Origin: Macrostomum hystrix
Taxonomy: Eukaryota > Animalia > Platyhelminthes
Direction: 5' to 3'
Assembly (NCBI GenBank): GCA_950097015.1
Contig: CATNEN010000038.1
Coordinates: forward strand, 2,790,001-2,854,000
DNA length: 64,000 nucleotides
Positions 59,501 to 64,000 of the stretch are shown piece by piece. Both the position numbers and the translations under genes were made by a program. How positions within the stretch are numbered: position 1 is the stretch's first letter; every line of letters begins with the position of its first letter. Under the pieces are notes generated by a model. The model searched no databases, was not told the DNA's origin, and saw only the letters and a program-made list of their open reading frames with translations.

Positions 59501-61965
59501 AAAGTAAATGGAAAATTCCGCGATGCTAAAAGTAAATGGAAAATTCCGCGATGCTAAAAGTAAATGGAAAATTCCGCGATGCTAAAAGTAAATGGAAAAT
59601 TCCGCGATGCTAAAAGTAAATGGAAAATTCCGCGATGCTAAAAGTAACTGGAAAATTCCGCGATGCAAAAAGTAAATGGAAAATTCCGCGATGCTAAAAG
59701 TAAATGGAAAATTCCGCGATGCTAAAAGTAAATGGAAAATTCCGCGATGCTAAAAGTAAATGGAAAATTCCGCGATGCAAAAAGTAAATGGAAAATTCCG
59801 CGATGCTAAAAGTAAATGGAAAATTCCGCGATGCTAAAAGTAAATGGAAAATTCCGCGATGCTAAAAGTAAATGGAAAATTCCGCGATGCTAAAAGTAAA
59901 TGGAAAATTCCGCGATGCTAAAAGTAACTGGAAAATTCCGCGATGCAAAAAGTAAATGGAAAATTCCGCGATGCTAAAAGTAAATGGAAAAGTCCGCGAT
60001 GCTAAAAGTAAATGGAAAATTCCGCGATGCTAAAGCTAAATGGAAAATTCCGCGATGCTAAAAGTAAATGGAAAATTCCGCGATGCTAAAAGTAAATGAA
60101 AATTCCGCGATGCTAAAAGTAAATGGAAAATTCCGCGATGCTAAAAGTAAATGAAAATTCCGCGATGCTAAAAGTAAATGGAAAATTCCGCGATGCTAAA
60201 AGTAAATGGAAAATTCCGCGATGCTAAAAGTAAATGGAAAATTCCGCGATGCTAAAAGTAACTGGAAAATTCCGCGATGCAAAAAGTAAATGGAAAATTC
60301 CGCGATGCTAAAAGTAAATGAAAATTCCGCGATGCTAAAAGTAAATGGAAAATTCCGCGATGCTAAAAGTAAACGGAAAATTCCGCGATGCTAAAAGTAA
60401 ATAGAAAATTCCGCAAAGCTAAAAGTAAACGGAAAACCCTGAGATGCTGAAAAAACGGAAAATTCCGCGATGCTAAAAGTAAACGGAAAATTCCGCGATG
60501 CTAAAAGTAACTGGAAAATTCCGCGATACTAAAAGTAAATGGAAAAGTCTGCGATGCTAAAAGTAAATGGAAAATTCCGCGATGCTAAAAGTAAATGGAA
60601 AATTCCGCGATGCTAAAAGTAAATGGAAAATTCCGCGATGCAAAAAGTAAATGGAAAATTCCGCGATGCTAAAAGTAAATGGAAAATTCCGCGATGCTAA
60701 AAGTAAATGGAAAATTCCGCGATGCTAAAAGTAAATGGAAAATTCCGCGATGCTAAAAGTAAATGGAAAATTCCGCGATGCTAAAAGTAAATGGAAAATT
60801 CCGCGATGCTAAAAGTAAATGAAAATTCCGCGATGCTAAAAGTAAATGGAAAAGTCCGCGATGCTAAAAGTAAATGGAAAATTCCGCGATGCTAAAAGTA
60901 AATGGAAAATTCCGCGATGCTAAAAGTAACTGGAAAATTCCGCGATGCAAAAAGTAAATGGAAAATTCCGCGATGCTAAAAGTAAATGGAAAAGTCCGCG
61001 ATGCTAAAAGTAAATGAAAATTCCGCGATGCTAAAAGTAACTGGAAAATTCCGCGATGCTAAAAGTAAATGGAAAATTCCGCAATGCTAAAAGTAAATGA
61101 AAATTCCGCGATGCTAAAAGTAAATGGAAAATTCCGCGATGCTAAAAGTAAATGGAAAATTCCGCGATGCTAAAAGTAAACGGAAAATTCCGCGATGCTA
61201 AAAGTAAATAGAAAATTCCGCAAAGCTAAAAGTAAACGGAAAACCCTGAGATGCTGAAAAAACGGAAAATTCCGCGATGCTAAAAGTAAACGGAAAATTC
61301 CGCGATGCTAAAAGTAAACGGAAAATTCCGCGATGCTAAAAGTAAACGGAAAATTCCGCGATGCTAAAAGTAAAGGTCGGAAAACTCCGCAATACATTTA
61401 ACTGACGGAAAATTTCACTATGCTCTTAACTTTAAACACAAAGCAACGCTGTGCCCTCTAGGTTCCGTCCGATGTATCAACTGCTGCCGCTGCCGCAGGC
61501 GTTCCCATCATGGAGCATCGCGTAGTCTACCACCTGGTGGCTGATTTAAAGGCCCGCCTGACCGCCGCCCTGCCGCCGCTTGAAGAGGAGCGCCAGCTGG
61601 GCAGCGCCGACATTCTGCGCGTATTTCACGTCACCGCCTCAGCCGGCCATCATCAAAAAGTGGCTGTGGCCGGTTGCGCGTGCAAAACTGGCCAACTAAA
61701 CCGGAAGCAGCACTTCCGATTGTTGCGCAATGGTCAGGCGCTGTTCTCAGGCCGGTGCGCCAGCCTGCGCCATCTGAAATCCACAGTGGAAACTGTGCGC
61801 AGCGGCATGGAGTGCGGGGTGCAGCTGGAGTTGCCCGACGGAATCAACTATGAGCCTGGCGACCAGATTGTCTGCTATGAGACTGTGGCCGTGGCCCAGA
61901 CCATCGATTGGCAGCCCGGCTTCGGCCTGGACGATCAGGACTCTGGCAGTGGCGGCACTGCTTAG
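53573..61965 (+). CDS. MTIF2: Mitochondrial translation initiation factor IF-2
   Basis: Exons 53573-54603 (3' end uncertain), 55354-55619, 56872-57287, 57854-58292, 58542-58738, 61462-61965. [51 protein letters not shown]; Arg/Ala/Ser-rich presequence-like N-terminus; no initiator ATG visible. Confidence 0.9.
53990..54500 (+). repeat. 54-bp in-frame repeat within first MTIF2 exon ([18 protein letters not shown])
   Basis: ~9.5 copies, open in the MTIF2 frame. Confidence 0.9.
54643..55325. repeat. 24-bp minisatellite (MTIF2 intron)
   Basis: gtgggtcagattgtcagtggtgtt units. Confidence 0.95.
55768..56400. repeat. 22-bp minisatellite (MTIF2 intron)
   Basis: caatcccaatacctgctattgg units. Confidence 0.95.
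57358..57850. repeat. 22-bp minisatellite (MTIF2 intron)
   Basis: ctctgtaacaccccaatgaatc units. Confidence 0.95.
58330..58483. repeat. 19-bp minisatellite (MTIF2 intron)
   Basis: tgagattcaggctgttgaa units. Confidence 0.9.
58950..61390. repeat. 28-bp minisatellite, 2.4 kb (MTIF2 intron)
   Basis: tggaaaattccgcgatgctaaaagtaaa units. Confidence 0.97.
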
Positions 61966-62001
61966 TTTCATTACAGTTCTAGCGGTGACGGCTGAGATAG
62001 T

Positions 62002-63178
62002 AGATGTGAGAATACGGGATGAGATGTGAGAATACGGGATGAGATGTGAGAATATGGGATGAGATGTGAGAATAATAAGTGAGATGTGAGAATATGGGAT
62101 GAGATGTGAGAATAATAAGTGAGATGTGAGAATATGGGATGAGATGTGAGAATAATAAGTGAGATGTGAGAATACGGGATGAGATTTGAGAATACGGGAT
62201 GAGGTGTGAGAATAATAAGTGAGATGTGAGAATATGGGATGAGATGTGAGAATATGGGATGAGATGTGAGAATATGGGATGAGGTGTGAGAATACGGGAT
62301 GAGATTTGAGAATACGGGATGAGGTGTGAGAATAATAAGTGAGATGTGAGAATATGGGATGAGATGTGAGAATATGGGATGAGATGTGAGAATATGGGAT
62401 GAGGTGTGAGAATACGGGATGAGATGTGAGAATACGGGATGAGGTGTGAGAATAATAAGTGAGATGTGAGAATAATAAGTGAGATGTGAGAATATGAGAT
62501 GAGATGTGAGAATAATAAGTGAGATGTGAGAATATGGGATGAGATGTGAGAATAATAAGTGAGATGTGAGAATATGGGATGAGATGTGAGAATACGGGAT
62601 GAGATGTGAGAATACGGGATGAGGTGTGAGAATACGGGATGAGGTGTGAGAATACGGGATGAGATGTGAGAATACGGGATGAGGTGTGAGAATACGGGAT
62701 GAGATGTGAGAATATGGGATGAGATGTGAGAATATGGGATGAGATGTGAGAATACAGAGTGAGATATGAGAATACAGAGTGAGATATGAGAATACAGAGT
62801 GAGATATGAGAATACAGAGTGAGATATGAGAATACAGAGTTAGATATGAGAATACAGAGTGAGATATGAGAATACAGAGTGAGATATGAGAATACAGAGT
62901 GAGATATGAGAATACAGAGTGAGATATGAGAATACAGAGTGAGATATGAGAATACAGAGTGAGATATGAGAATACAGAGTGAGATATGAGAATACAGAGT
63001 GAGATATGAGAATACAGAGTGAGATATGAGAATACAGGGTGAGATATGAGAATACATGGTGAGATATGAGAATACAGGGTGAGATATGAGAATACATGGT
63101 GAGATATGAGAATACAGGGTAAGATATGAGAATACAGAGTGAGATATGAGAATACAGAGTTAGATATGAGAATACATA
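62002..63178. repeat. 20-bp minisatellite
   Basis: gagatgtgagaatacgggat grading into gagatatgagaatacagagt. Confidence 0.95.
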
Positions 63179-63477
63179 TATGCTCTGTTTTGCATTAGTA
63201 CAAGTAGTGTGTTAAAATGCGTTTCAATTTCCAGTTATGTTGTTCTTTGCTTTTGTTTTGTAACAGTTCTGGACTGACTGGCCTTTCAGAAGTTTGAAGA
63301 CGTACAGTGCATTCTTATTTTAAATGCTCACAGACCATTGTTCTTGTAATTTATCATTGGTCAACAACTGTTCTAAGATCAGCTAATAAATCATGTAGAG
63401 ATCTTCACTTGCAATCCTGCTGGTTCTTTTGACTCTTTCTATGCGGCTTTATATTCATAGGTGTCACTTCCATTGTG

Positions 63478-64000
63478 TTATAGGGTGAGATTTCCCTAGT
63501 GACTGGTTGTTTATAGGGTGAGATTTCCCTAGTGACTGGTTGTTTATAGGGTGAGATTTCCCTAGTGACTGGTTGTTTATAGGGTGAGATTTCCCTAGTG
63601 ACTGGTTGTTTATAGGGTGAGATTTTCCTAGTGACTGGTTGTTTATAGGGTGAGATTTCCCTAGTGACTGGTTGTTTATAGGGTGAGATTTTCCTAGTGA
63701 CTGCTTGTTTATAGGGTGAGATTTCCCTAGTGACTGGTTGTTTATAGGGTGAGATTTCCCTAGTGACTGGTTGTTTATAGGGTGAGATTTCCCTAGTGAC
63801 TGGTTGTTTATAGGGTGAGATTTCCCTAGTGACTGGTTGTTTATAGGGTGAGATTTCCCTAGTGACTGGTTGTTTATAGGGTGAGATTTCCCTAGTGACT
63901 GGTTGTTTATAGGGTGAGATTTTCCTAGTGACTGGTTGTTTATAGGGTGAGATTTCCCTAGTGACTGGTTGTTTATAGGGTGAGATTTCCCTAGTGACTG
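63478..64000. repeat. 33-bp minisatellite (runs off window)
   Basis: tagggtgagatttccctagtgactggttgttta units. Confidence 0.95.

Overview
Eukaryotic (metazoan) genomic DNA with GC-rich, poly-Gln/Ala/Pro exons and GT-AG introns that are mostly filled by private minisatellites. This style fits a free-living flatworm such as Macrostomum (inference only). I reconstructed eight intron-containing genes by hand with phase-consistent junctions: the 3' part of a PTK7/Otk-like pseudokinase (+), a BAR-RhoGAP (+), a universal stress protein (-), a small secreted peptide-precursor candidate (-), an ACT-domain threonine dehydratase (-), major vault protein (-), Abl kinase (+) and mitochondrial IF-2 (+). About 30 different tandem arrays (16-72 bp units), hAT-type MITEs with 8-bp TSDs and tRNA-derived SINEs fill the non-coding space; most long ORFs in the supplied track are repeat artefacts. 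Best leads: (i) minisatellites that appear tied to splicing (sense-strand AG|GT units, inverted copies bracketing single exons, arrays running into the 3' splice site); (ii) an IF-2 gene with no initiator ATG that would start correctly from a spliced-leader AUG; (iii) an unrecognised Trp-rich peptide precursor. All coordinates were read by eye and no searches were run.
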